Assembly: GCA_964499455.1 (NCBI GenBank)
Contig: CAZCLC010000002.1
Span: 1 to 56,880, forward strand
Source: an uncultured Candidatus Saccharibacteria bacterium
GTDB lineage: Bacteria; Patescibacteriota; Minisyncoccia; Phycocordibacterales; Phycocordibacteraceae
DNA: 56,880 nucleotides
Direction of reading: 5' to 3'
A program made the position numbers and the translations under genes. This document shows positions 45,613 through 54,789 of this stretch, piece by piece. The notes beneath the pieces are model-generated. The model was given only the letters and a program-made list of their open reading frames with translations, was not told the origin of the DNA and did no database searches. How positions within the stretch are numbered: position 1 is the stretch's first letter; the number at the start of each line of letters is the position of its first letter.

Positions 45613-48393
45613 ATGGAAAGAAATCCGTTGAACACACCTGAAGAAGAACTTGCATATTTACGCACACAAGTTGCACAAAAAGAAAAAGAAATTAATGAAA
45701 CTGCAATTGCTGCACAAACGACACATGAAGCGCAACTTGCGCGTATTGAGCATACGACAGACACAACACTTATTGCTCATCGTAAAGTATCAGCAGAGCA
45801 TATACTTACCCCTTCATACCGAATGACTGAAGAGGAAGCAAGTACCCGTGCTCTTGGACTCAACCCGGATAACAACGATGACACTATGATAGAGTTACGA
45901 GGAATTATGGAAACGCGTGGTATTAAGAACGCTTTTACCGTACTTGGAAAACTTAATAACCCACATCTGATTGATGATTTTCATAGATTTCTAGTTCGTT
46001 ATATTGCCACAGGATTGTCTGCACCTGGATTGTCTGAAAAAATGCCTAAGTTTAAAGCACTTCATATGACTCTTTATGAAGTACAATTGCCGGAAGAAAA
46101 AGATAGTAATGAGAACACACATGACAGAACATTGAAAGAAATGGTTTCAATTATGGAACAATTTTATTCTGGTATGCTTGCTGTTGCTACAACAAACACA
46201 TCTGAACCTCCATATTTAGCACTTGAATTAGCAGTTCCTACACAAAGTTCACTTTTGTTTTTTTATGTATCTGTACCAAACAGCAAGTGTGATCTTTTTG
46301 AAAAACAATTACTCGCAATATTTTCGGACGCTCACATTTCACCACAACCAAATGATTACAATATTTTTATTGAAGACGGTACAACAATCGCTTCAGAAGC
46401 TCATCTTATGGAAGCACCAATGCTTCCATTAAAAGACTATACAGAATTTGATTATGATCCGATTAATACCGTCTTAAATGCGTTTTCAAATATTGAAAAC
46501 GAAACCGATGGAGCAGCGTTACAGATTATATTCGCACCTCGTGGACAACGATATATTACACATTATCGCAAAGTACTTTCTTCGTTACGAAGTGGCGCAA
46601 AACGTAACGAAGCATTTCATATACCAGAAACTACTCTCGGGGATGCAGCTAACGAATTTAAAAAATTCTTATTTAATAGTGATACATCAGAAAAAGACGA
46701 GAGTAAAACTCGCGAAAAAAAGCAAAGACAGATAGAAATGAATAAAAATGATATTGAACAGTTAGAAAAGAAAACAGCAACACCGATTGTTGGAGTAAAT
46801 ATTCGTCTTCTTGTTTCTTCATCAGATTCACATCACGCCGAGCAAACACTTTCAAATATTGAAGCTGCATTTAATCAGTTCACCAATACGTCAGGAAATC
46901 AACTTGAGTTCACACGTGTAAAAAAGAAAAACATTAGTTCAATTGTAGATGCGTTTTCATTTCGTTTACCTGGTGATTATACAATGCCACTTTCGCTACG
47001 TGAGATCTCCACTTTATATCATTTTCCATTCTCTGGTATTAAATCTTCCCCACATTTGAAACAATTACGATTTACAGCAGCTGCAGCGCCAGTTGACCTT
47101 CCACAATCAGGCATACAAATCGGTACAAATATATTTCGTGGACAAGAAAAACCGATATATCTTACAGATGAAGATAGAATGCATCATATTTATGTTATTG
47201 GTCAAACAGGTGCAGGTAAAACAGGTTTCCTAAAAACACTAATTGAAAAAGATATAAAAAAAGGACACGGTGTTTGTTTTATAGACCCGCACGGAAACGA
47301 TATTCTTGATGTTCTTGCAATGATACCGCCAGAACGTTATGAGGATGTAATTTATTTTGACCCTGCGTACATTAAGAGGCCTTTTGGGCTCAATATGCTT
47401 GAATATGATCAAGCGCATCCTGAACAAAAGACATTTATCGTTAATGAAATGCTTATGATTTTTCATCGGTTATACAGCGATGTGCCTGAAAGTATGGGTC
47501 CAGCATTTGAACAGTACTTTCGTAATGCGACACAGTTGATTATGGAAGACCCAAAATCAGGTTCAACACTTTTGGATATATCACGTGTACTTTCAAATGA
47601 GTCATTTCGTAATTTGAAACTTTCAAAGAGTCGTAATCCGATAGTCAATCAATTTTGGCAAGAAATTGCAACACAAGCCGATGGAGAAGCATCATTAAAA
47701 AATATTACTCCATACATCACAAATAAATTTGATGAATTTATATCTAATGATTTTATGCGCCCAATTATCGGTCAACAAGAATCATCGTTTAATTTCAGAG
47801 AAATTATGGATAACAAAAAAATCTTATTGGTAAACTTATCCAAAGGACGTTTAGGAGAACGAAACGCAAATTTATTAGGTCTTATCTTAGTCGGGAAAAT
47901 ATTTATGGCTGCGCTTTCCCGTGCTGATTCTCCAGGTACAGATTTTCCACAGTTCAATTTTTATATCGACGAATTTCAAAATATTACTACGGATTCCATT
48001 CCAGCGATACTTTCAGAGGCGCGGAAATATAAGCTTTCTTTAACAATCGCGCATCAATTTTTGGATCAGGTAGATGAAAAAATACGTAACGCGATTTTTG
48101 GTAACGTTGGTAATGTAGCAGTGTTTCGTGTAGGAGAAAAAGATGCCGAATTTTTTGCTAAACAATTTACTCCAACATTTTCAGCATCTGACTTTATTAA
48201 TATTGAAAATCGTAATGCATATGTAAAAATTCTCGCACATGGCGTACCGCAAAAACCATTCAACATTCATACACTTGATTTACCGCGCGGCAATATTGCA
48301 CAAATTAATGATTTGCGCGAACTATCATATTTAACGTATGGCCGCGATCGTACTAAAATTGAAGAATCTATTTATGAAAAATATTATACATAG
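45613..48393 (+). CDS. TraD/TraG/VirD4-like (type IV coupling-protein-like, FtsK/HerA-clade) P-loop ATPase fused to an unknown ~490-aa N-terminal region
   Basis: Walker A VIGQTGAGKTG (about nt 47200), Walker B FNFYIDEFQN (about nt 47960) and a TraG-D_C-like block ILSEARKYKLSLTIAHQFLDQV. No TM helix is evident, and the N-terminal half has no motif I recognise. Confidence 0.7.
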   Translation: MERNPLNTPEEELAYLRTQVAQKEKEINETAIAAQTTHEAQLARIEHTTDTTLIAHRKVSAEHILTPSYRMTEEEASTRALGLNPDNNDDTMIELRGIMETRGIKNAFTVLGKLNNPHLIDDFHRFLVRYIATGLSAPGLSEKMPKFKALHMTLYEVQLPEEKDSNENTHDRTLKEMVSIMEQFYSGMLAVATTNTSEPPYLALELAVPTQSSLLFFYVSVPNSKCDLFEKQLLAIFSDAHISPQPNDYNIFIEDGTTIASEAHLMEAPMLPLKDYTEFDYDPINTVLNAFSNIENETDGAALQIIFAPRGQRYITHYRKVLSSLRSGAKRNEAFHIPETTLGDAANEFKKFLFNSDTSEKDESKTREKKQRQIEMNKNDIEQLEKKTATPIVGVNIRLLVSSSDSHHAEQTLSNIEAAFNQFTNTSGNQLEFTRVKKKNISSIVDAFSFRLPGDYTMPLSLREISTLYHFPFSGIKSSPHLKQLRFTAAAAPVDLPQSGIQIGTNIFRGQEKPIYLTDEDRMHHIYVIGQTGAGKTGFLKTLIEKDIKKGHGVCFIDPHGNDILDVLAMIPPERYEDVIYFDPAYIKRPFGLNMLEYDQAHPEQKTFIVNEMLMIFHRLYSDVPESMGPAFEQYFRNATQLIMEDPKSGSTLLDISRVLSNESFRNLKLSKSRNPIVNQFWQEIATQADGEASLKNITPYITNKFDEFISNDFMRPIIGQQESSFNFREIMDNKKILLVNLSKGRLGERNANLLGLILVGKIFMAALSRADSPGTDFPQFNFYIDEFQNITTDSIPAILSEARKYKLSLTIAHQFLDQVDEKIRNAIFGNVGNVAVFRVGEKDAEFFAKQFTPTFSASDFINIENRNAYVKILAHGVPQKPFNIHTLDLPRGNIAQINDLRELSYLTYGRDRTKIEESIYEKYYT

Positions 48394-48450
48394 ATGTATT
48401 TTGATTTATCATTATGCTGATAATAAACATGTTGTAATTTGTAAAAATAT

Positions 48451-50718
48451 ATGAATGAAAATGTATCTAAAAACAAAGAAAAAGATGTATACACAGAAAA
48501 TATTATCAGTACATCTAAAAATAAAGGTAATATAAACAAAGACTTAGAAAAAGAGCGCGCAAAAATGTTTGCGTCAGAAACGTCATATTTTCGCGCAATT
48601 AGACTTCGTAAAAAACCGTACAACCCTAAAGTTATACGAAAAGAATACGTGGAAGAATTACGAAAAGAATACGATACATCTCGTGCTAATTTTGCCAACG
48701 CTTTAAATGAGTCAGTTAACATTCGCCTAAATGAGAAGAAAAAAGAAATGACTGTTAGTGCTTACGATACTTCAAATAGTACTCATATAGAAGCCAATGT
48801 AAAAAAAATACCGTATACAGAGGAACAAAAAGAAGAAACAAAGCGCAGATATCGTCATATGATACTTACTCGCGATATTATTGATCGTGCACATAAAGTG
48901 CGAATTGAAGCTTTAGGAAACAAAAAACGCGAAGTATTTAAAAAATCACTCGAATGGTATGTGCGTACAAATAAACGTATGGAGATGGAAATTGCAACGG
49001 CAATAGCGAGACAACCATACGAAAATCTCTTAAAAAAACAAAAAGAGACTGTGAACTATCGCGCGCGGACTATCGCGCGCGGACTACGTATTTTAACGTT
49101 CGCAGGTATCGGTGATATCGCAGGAGGTATTACTGTGATTGGTTATCGTATATTCCATTCAATTATGGGTGCTTTTGTTGGTGTGGTTTCAGCTGGAACA
49201 GTAGGTAAACATTTTATGCATACAAAAGGTGCTGAACGTATTTTGCATCTCAAACAAATACGCGAATCAACAGCGCATTTTTCAACACAAAATATACAAG
49301 AATTGGACCGAGCATATAAAATTAGCTCAAATGATGTAGTTGAAGAAAGTTATCGTAAACGTGAAGCAATTACAGCAATTTTAATAGATGGTGGAGTTTC
49401 TTACGGGACTGCTTTAGTACTTGAACAATTACCTTCGGTGCATGAAGCCCTAAATTTCGCACCATATCATAATATATACGAAGTTTTAAATTCAGTTCCA
49501 CATCATGTTATACACAAACCTATTGTAATTATGGCGTCAGTTGAAAAAGGTCAAGGTGCAGATTCATTATTTGCAAATCTAAAACAATCTTTACAGAAGG
49601 AATATCCAGACCCAAGCACAGCGCCACCAATCACTCAGCATATTTTAACAGGCGATCCACATACTTTATCTACAGAATATGGTTTTGCAAAACATAATGA
49701 GAACGCTTTATTATATCAAAATGAAAAGATTGAATTTACAAGTGACTCACTGATATTCTTTGATAAAAATCACATTGCACATACTCTCTCGCATATTCAA
49801 GATGGTCATATTGTGAAAAGAGAAGTGTTTGCACATTTTGATGGGCGATATTTAATTGATAATCCAACATCACAATCATCAACTGTTACACATCATATAG
49901 AAAAAACTGCGACAGAACATAATATACCTAATTCAGCACTACACGATAATGAACATATTATAGTTAACCCACCAGTTATTAACCCTATTCCTGTGCATAC
50001 TGCATTATTATCACATTCTGTAGTTAATCAAAGTATTGGTAATACGGTACAATCACAAACAAACATATCTGCAAATGATAATAGATGGCATTTGATATCT
50101 AATGATGAAATTAAACCGACAAATATACAAAATGTCGAGTCAGCCACATCATCTGCATCTGTCGGTGTTGTATCGGAAACTATTTCTCATATAACAGACA
50201 TACACAAGAGTATCGCTGAATTATTGCAACCACAGAAACTCGGAAATTACGCGGAAGAACCTATTTTTGAAATATTATATGGAAATAATTCTATACTATT
50301 GAAATTTCATAATCAGTTAGTTGATATTGTTTCGCAATCTGGTATCGGTCCCGAAAATAATGAAAATCTTACGCATTTTCTTGCGCGTGCACAGGAGGTT
50401 GTTTCAGTACATGCTGGTGATACCTCCAGACATATTACAAACACACATAATATACAAATACCGATTTACCAAACTTATTTATATAATTCGGAACAAAAAA
50501 AGATTATTGCGTTCGGCGGTAATTTTGACGCTCGCTCTCTTATCGCTTATGAATATATCAATACTCATCCGCACGCACACGTATTAATTCAAGGAATCGA
50601 TGAGTTATCAACAATAGATCTATCAGCAGTTTCGTCATATAATGGGCGATCTGTAATTGCAACACGAATAGTGCATTCGTCTATTTTACCGCAACATTTT
50701 ATTAATCGTATAAAATAA
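48451..50718 (+). CDS. Hypothetical 755-aa membrane protein (Lys-rich N-terminus, TM hairpin, His-rich C-terminal region)
   Basis: A long uninterrupted ORF 58 nt after the ATPase gene. The TM hairpin is ILTFAGIGDIAGGITVIGYRIFHSIMGAFVGVVSAGTVG. No motif is recognised. Confidence 0.6.
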   Translation: MNENVSKNKEKDVYTENIISTSKNKGNINKDLEKERAKMFASETSYFRAIRLRKKPYNPKVIRKEYVEELRKEYDTSRANFANALNESVNIRLNEKKKEMTVSAYDTSNSTHIEANVKKIPYTEEQKEETKRRYRHMILTRDIIDRAHKVRIEALGNKKREVFKKSLEWYVRTNKRMEMEIATAIARQPYENLLKKQKETVNYRARTIARGLRILTFAGIGDIAGGITVIGYRIFHSIMGAFVGVVSAGTVGKHFMHTKGAERILHLKQIRESTAHFSTQNIQELDRAYKISSNDVVEESYRKREAITAILIDGGVSYGTALVLEQLPSVHEALNFAPYHNIYEVLNSVPHHVIHKPIVIMASVEKGQGADSLFANLKQSLQKEYPDPSTAPPITQHILTGDPHTLSTEYGFAKHNENALLYQNEKIEFTSDSLIFFDKNHIAHTLSHIQDGHIVKREVFAHFDGRYLIDNPTSQSSTVTHHIEKTATEHNIPNSALHDNEHIIVNPPVINPIPVHTALLSHSVVNQSIGNTVQSQTNISANDNRWHLISNDEIKPTNIQNVESATSSASVGVVSETISHITDIHKSIAELLQPQKLGNYAEEPIFEILYGNNSILLKFHNQLVDIVSQSGIGPENNENLTHFLARAQEVVSVHAGDTSRHITNTHNIQIPIYQTYLYNSEQKKIIAFGGNFDARSLIAYEYINTHPHAHVLIQGIDELSTIDLSAVSSYNGRSVIATRIVHSSILPQHFINRIK
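49055..49086 (+). repeat. 14-nt GC-rich tandem duplication inside the 755-aa ORF
   Basis: actatcgcgcgcgg actatcgcgcgcgg acta. The unit length is not a multiple of 3. Confidence 0.9.
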
Positions 50719-50724
50719 TTATTT

Positions 50725-51063
50725 ATGAAACAAACGACTCAAGATAATATATTTGTTAATAAAGTTTTTTTCGATTTACAATTATCTAAATATAATTCTG
50801 GATACAGCTCCTCCCAACAAGATAAACTTACTGATAATTTTTCTGCTATACTGTTTGAAGATATTATGGTGCGGCTTATAATGAATATAGATGAGGCAGT
50901 ACTTGATGAATTTTCTTCGCTTTTGGAAAATGATGCCTCAGAAGAAGAAATAATGTCTTTTATGGAAAAGCGAGTATCTAATGCTGATAATGCAATACAA
51001 GAAGCGGTAAAAGATTTTACTAAAGAAGTTTCTATGTTGAACACAGCAGAAGAAGTGCGTTAA
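50725..51063 (+). CDS. Small acidic helical protein (112 aa), unknown function
   Basis: It lies 6 nt after the 755-aa ORF. It is Glu/Asp-rich (LLENDASEEEIMSFMEKRV...AIQEAVKDFTKEV). From memory it resembles small acidic proteins common in CPR genomes (possibly DUF5663-like); this is not verified. Confidence 0.5.
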   Translation: MKQTTQDNIFVNKVFFDLQLSKYNSGYSSSQQDKLTDNFSAILFEDIMVRLIMNIDEAVLDEFSSLLENDASEEEIMSFMEKRVSNADNAIQEAVKDFTKEVSMLNTAEEVR

Positions 51064-51091
51064 ATTATACATTTACCATTATAATAAATAT

Positions 51092-51601
51092 ATGAATAAT
51101 ACTTCAATTACCACTGGTATCGCTGTTATGGCGGCAATCGTCGTCGTCGTTATCTTTTTCTTTTTTAGAGGGAGCGTTTATTCATTGTTATCACATAATT
51201 CAACTCCTTCTACAACACAAAAAGATAGTATAACTACTCAAAAAGCTTCAACACTACCGTCTATAATACAGAAACTTTCCATTACCAATGTAACTATCGG
51301 AAATGGGACAATTGCCAAACAAGGTGACATTATTACTGTTGACTATATTGGAAAACTTTCTAATGGAACAATATTTGATTCCTCGGTGGCACACAAAAAA
51401 CCGTTTACATTCGTGCTTGGTATAGGACAAGTTATCCAAGGATGGGATAAAGGGCTTATCGGAATGAAAGTTGGTGGAACACGTATATTAGTTATTCCGC
51501 CATCGCTTGGTTACGGAAATAGAGTTGTTGGTCCTATACCGGCAAACTCTACCCTTACTTTTGAAGTAAAACTTATAAAAGTAATATCACCGAAAAAATA
51601 A
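51092..51601 (+). CDS. Membrane-anchored FKBP-type peptidyl-prolyl cis-trans isomerase
   Basis: N-terminal TM helix, then an FKBP domain: GDIITVDYIGKLSNGTIFDSS...FTFVLGIGQVIQGWDKGLIGMKVGG.R.L.IPP.LGYG. Confidence 0.88.
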   Translation: MNNTSITTGIAVMAAIVVVVIFFFFRGSVYSLLSHNSTPSTTQKDSITTQKASTLPSIIQKLSITNVTIGNGTIAKQGDIITVDYIGKLSNGTIFDSSVAHKKPFTFVLGIGQVIQGWDKGLIGMKVGGTRILVIPPSLGYGNRVVGPIPANSTLTFEVKLIKVISPKK

Positions 51602-51671
51602 ACATCGCTATAAACATTGCTGTTTATCGTGACTCGTAAGTAAAATAATTTTTTTCTGTTAACCTTTTTTT

Positions 51672-52889
51672 ATGGGGATTAATTTTTCAATTGAACATCA
51701 TCAAGGTCGTTCTAGAGCAGGTTATATACAAACACCACATGGTACTATACAAACACCAGCATTTATACCTGTTGCTACGCAAGCGAGTGTAAAAGGAATT
51801 CTTCCGCAATTATTAACAGTCATTGGTGCACAAGCACTTCTTGCAAATACATACCATTTGTATTTACGGCCCGGTCATAAAGTAGTGCAGAATTCTGGCG
51901 GATTAGGAAAGTTTATGGGATGGGATGGACCGACAATAACTGATTCTGGAGGATTTCAAGTATTTTCACTTGGCGCAGCATTTGGAAAAAATATTACTAA
52001 GATCGCCCATGGAGAAGAATTAACACAAAAATACGATATAACTGTGTATGACGAAAGTGTTGCGAGTCAACATGGGCAACTTGCTGTTATTGATGATGAT
52101 GGAGTTACTTTCACATCACATTTAGATGGGTCACTTCATCGTTTTACTCCTGAACGTTCTGTTGAAATACAACACGCTCTCGGCGCTGATATCTTTTTTG
52201 TATTTGATGAATGTACTGCACCGACAGAAGGACATGAGTATCAACGTACAGCAATGGAACGTACACATCAATGGGCGGTACGTTCTCTTAGTGCGCATCG
52301 TCTAAATATTGAAGCGAATAAAAAACAAGCTATTTTCGGCATTATTCAAGGCGGACGTTTTGAAGACCTCCGTAGAGAGAGTGCTCGTGAAATTGCCAAT
52401 ATGAATTTTGATGGATTTGGTATTGGTGGCTCATTTAGTAAAGAAGATATGTATGGTGCATTACTTGCAGCAGTAACTGAACTTCCTGAAGATAAACCAC
52501 GGCATTTTCTTGGTATTGGAGAGCCTGGTGATATATTACTTGGAATTGAAAACGGCATAGATCTTTTTGATTGTGTTGCAGCAACACGGCAAGGACGACA
52601 CGGCACTATTTATACGCAACACGGATTGATACATATTACGAATGAAAAATATAAAAATGATTTTTCGCCACTTGATAGTAAAATTTGTGTACCTGGAACA
52701 GAAAATTTTACACGTGCATATGTTTCGCACTTATTTCATGCTAATGAAATACTTGGTGCCACTATTGCCTCATTACATAATCTCGGTTTTATTTTATCGC
52801 TTGTAAGTGGTGCTCGTGAAGCAATTCTTGATGATAGATTTAAAAAATATTGTGAAGATTTTCGTTATAATTATTATGGAAATATTTAA
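51672..52889 (+). CDS. tgt: tRNA-guanine transglycosylase family protein (divergent Tgt)
   Basis: TPAFIPVATQASVKG, TDSGGFQVFSL, FVFDECT, FGIIQGG and FDCVAATR blocks. The canonical CxCxxC zinc motif is not present. Confidence 0.85.
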   Translation: MGINFSIEHHQGRSRAGYIQTPHGTIQTPAFIPVATQASVKGILPQLLTVIGAQALLANTYHLYLRPGHKVVQNSGGLGKFMGWDGPTITDSGGFQVFSLGAAFGKNITKIAHGEELTQKYDITVYDESVASQHGQLAVIDDDGVTFTSHLDGSLHRFTPERSVEIQHALGADIFFVFDECTAPTEGHEYQRTAMERTHQWAVRSLSAHRLNIEANKKQAIFGIIQGGRFEDLRRESAREIANMNFDGFGIGGSFSKEDMYGALLAAVTELPEDKPRHFLGIGEPGDILLGIENGIDLFDCVAATRQGRHGTIYTQHGLIHITNEKYKNDFSPLDSKICVPGTENFTRAYVSHLFHANEILGATIASLHNLGFILSLVSGAREAILDDRFKKYCEDFRYNYYGNI

Positions 52890-53065
52890 ACTTAATATTT
52901 CTTAATTTCACTAAAAAAGTTATTCAACAACAATTGATTGTGAGATTAATTTAAAAGTGATTGTGCTATACGACTACTTAATTGCTCCTAAAAAACTAAA
53001 TCAGTTATACACTGCCATAAAGCAAAAATAAGCAAGAAAATAAATAGTTCTGTATAATATCAGGA

Positions 53066-53146
53066 ATGCAGCCACTTAATTTCTTTGTACTCACACTTAC
53101 TTTTTTTGTAGTTATCAATTATAGCATTGTTTGGTTATATGGATAA
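53066..53146 (+). pseudogene. Truncated paralogous copy of the histidine-kinase 5' end (promoter-like box plus 26 codons)
   Basis: MQPLNFFVLTLTFFVVINYSIVWLYG* aligns codon-for-codon with MLLRTLFIYIFTFFVIIGYGIVWLFV of the kinase at 53265. The upstream aaataaat..ctgtataatat box is also duplicated. Confidence 0.55.
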
Positions 53147-53264
53147 ATTATATTTGAAGGAGCTCCAGTATATCAGTGTGGATATTGGTTAACACTTGGA
53201 AGTTTGTACACTGTTTCAAGTCAAAAAACGAGCAAAAACCAAATAAATCTGTATAATATTGATA

Positions 53265-54311
53265 ATGTTGCTACGTACTCTTTTCATTTATATATTTACT
53301 TTTTTTGTAATTATCGGTTATGGTATTGTTTGGTTGTTTGTACAAATTATTCCTGTTTATCAAGTTGAATATTGGCCAGCATTATTGTTCGTATCCTTAT
53401 TTCTATTAGTAATTGCAGGATTATTTTTCCTACTTGTATATATTCTTAGCAAACCTCTTTATACACTTTCTAAAGCAATTGATTCATTCGCTACAGGAAA
53501 AGGGTGGAATCCGGTTTTTATGTCTCGCTTAACACCGAAAGAGATACGGCTTCTTATTGCTGCATTTATAAAATTAACAGAGCGTGTTAAAATGACTCAT
53601 AAACGAGATATAGAAGTTGATAGAGTAAAATCGGATTTTATATCAACTGCTGCACATCAATTACGTACACCATTAACTGGTATTCGATGGGCACTTGAAG
53701 CATTAGAACAAGATTCTAATCTTTCAGAAGAACAGAAAACATTAATAAAAAATGCTGTTGATAAAAGCCATGATCTTGTATCTATAGTTAATACTCTACT
53801 TGATATTTCCAGTATCGAGTCTGGGAAATATAGGTACAAGTTCGTATCTATTAATATAGACGATGTTTTACAAAAGACAGTACAAGACTTTCAACATCTT
53901 GCACATGGTCGCGGTGTAACATTAGAATATAAACCACTAACAATGCGTGTTTTCTCCGCTCGCGCAGATCGTGAGCGTATACAATGGGTACTTAATAATC
54001 TAATTGAAAACGCAATTCGTTATACACCATCAGGAGGATATGTAACTGTATCAACAGAAATGCTTGGTAAAAATATAGTATTAGTACGAGTTCATGATAC
54101 CGGAATAGGTATCGCGCCCGGAGATCGTTCAAGTATTTTTGAACGTTTTTATAGAGCAGGTAACGCAATTGTGAAAGAAAGTGCAGGTAGCGGTCTTGGG
54201 CTTTATATCGCACGTACCATTGCCATTGATCATGGCGGTGATCTTAATTTTTCAGCAAATACAGATGGTGTTGGTACTACGTTTACACTTTCACTACCTG
54301 TGATGAATTAA
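53265..54311 (+). CDS. Sensor histidine kinase
   Basis: Two TM helices. H-box FISTAAHQLRTPLTGI, N-box NLIENAIRYTP, G1 box DTGIGI and G2 box GSGLGLYIA. The ATG at 53265 is preferred over the TTG at 53259. Confidence 0.9.
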   Translation: MLLRTLFIYIFTFFVIIGYGIVWLFVQIIPVYQVEYWPALLFVSLFLLVIAGLFFLLVYILSKPLYTLSKAIDSFATGKGWNPVFMSRLTPKEIRLLIAAFIKLTERVKMTHKRDIEVDRVKSDFISTAAHQLRTPLTGIRWALEALEQDSNLSEEQKTLIKNAVDKSHDLVSIVNTLLDISSIESGKYRYKFVSINIDDVLQKTVQDFQHLAHGRGVTLEYKPLTMRVFSARADRERIQWVLNNLIENAIRYTPSGGYVTVSTEMLGKNIVLVRVHDTGIGIAPGDRSSIFERFYRAGNAIVKESAGSGLGLYIARTIAIDHGGDLNFSANTDGVGTTFTLSLPVMN

Positions 54312-54335
54312 TAACTTTATGATATAATTTTACAT

Positions 54336-54731
54336 ATGAATTCTAACACTGTTATTTTAGTCGTTGAAGACGATCCAATTCTTAAAAATCTTCTTGGACA
54401 TACATTTGCAGATAAATATACTATGGTATATGCAGGAAACGGCATTGAAGGAATTTCATTAATGGAGAAGAGTAAACCAACACTTATTTTACTTGATCTT
54501 ATGATGCCAGATATGGATGGATTTACGTTTTTGGAAAAAGTACGAAGCCGCGCTGATGATTTAAAAAGTGTTCCTATTATTGTTATGTCAAACTTAGGAC
54601 AACAAAAAGATATTGAACGTGCAAAATCACTTGGCGCAAACAAATATCTTGTTAAAGTCGAAGTCTCGGTTAATGAAATTATAGATAAAATTCAAACAGT
54701 ACTCGCTGAAACAAAAAACACAACACAATAG
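54336..54731 (+). CDS. Receiver-only (CheY-like) response regulator
   Basis: VVEDD, LLDLMMPDMDGF and a conserved K (YLVK). At 131 aa there is no output domain. Confidence 0.9.
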   Translation: MNSNTVILVVEDDPILKNLLGHTFADKYTMVYAGNGIEGISLMEKSKPTLILLDLMMPDMDGFTFLEKVRSRADDLKSVPIIVMSNLGQQKDIERAKSLGANKYLVKVEVSVNEIIDKIQTVLAETKNTTQ

Positions 54732-54789
54732 CAAAATTATTTAATTAAATTTTACCAAATATGTGTTTTATTTTGTATACTATAAATAT

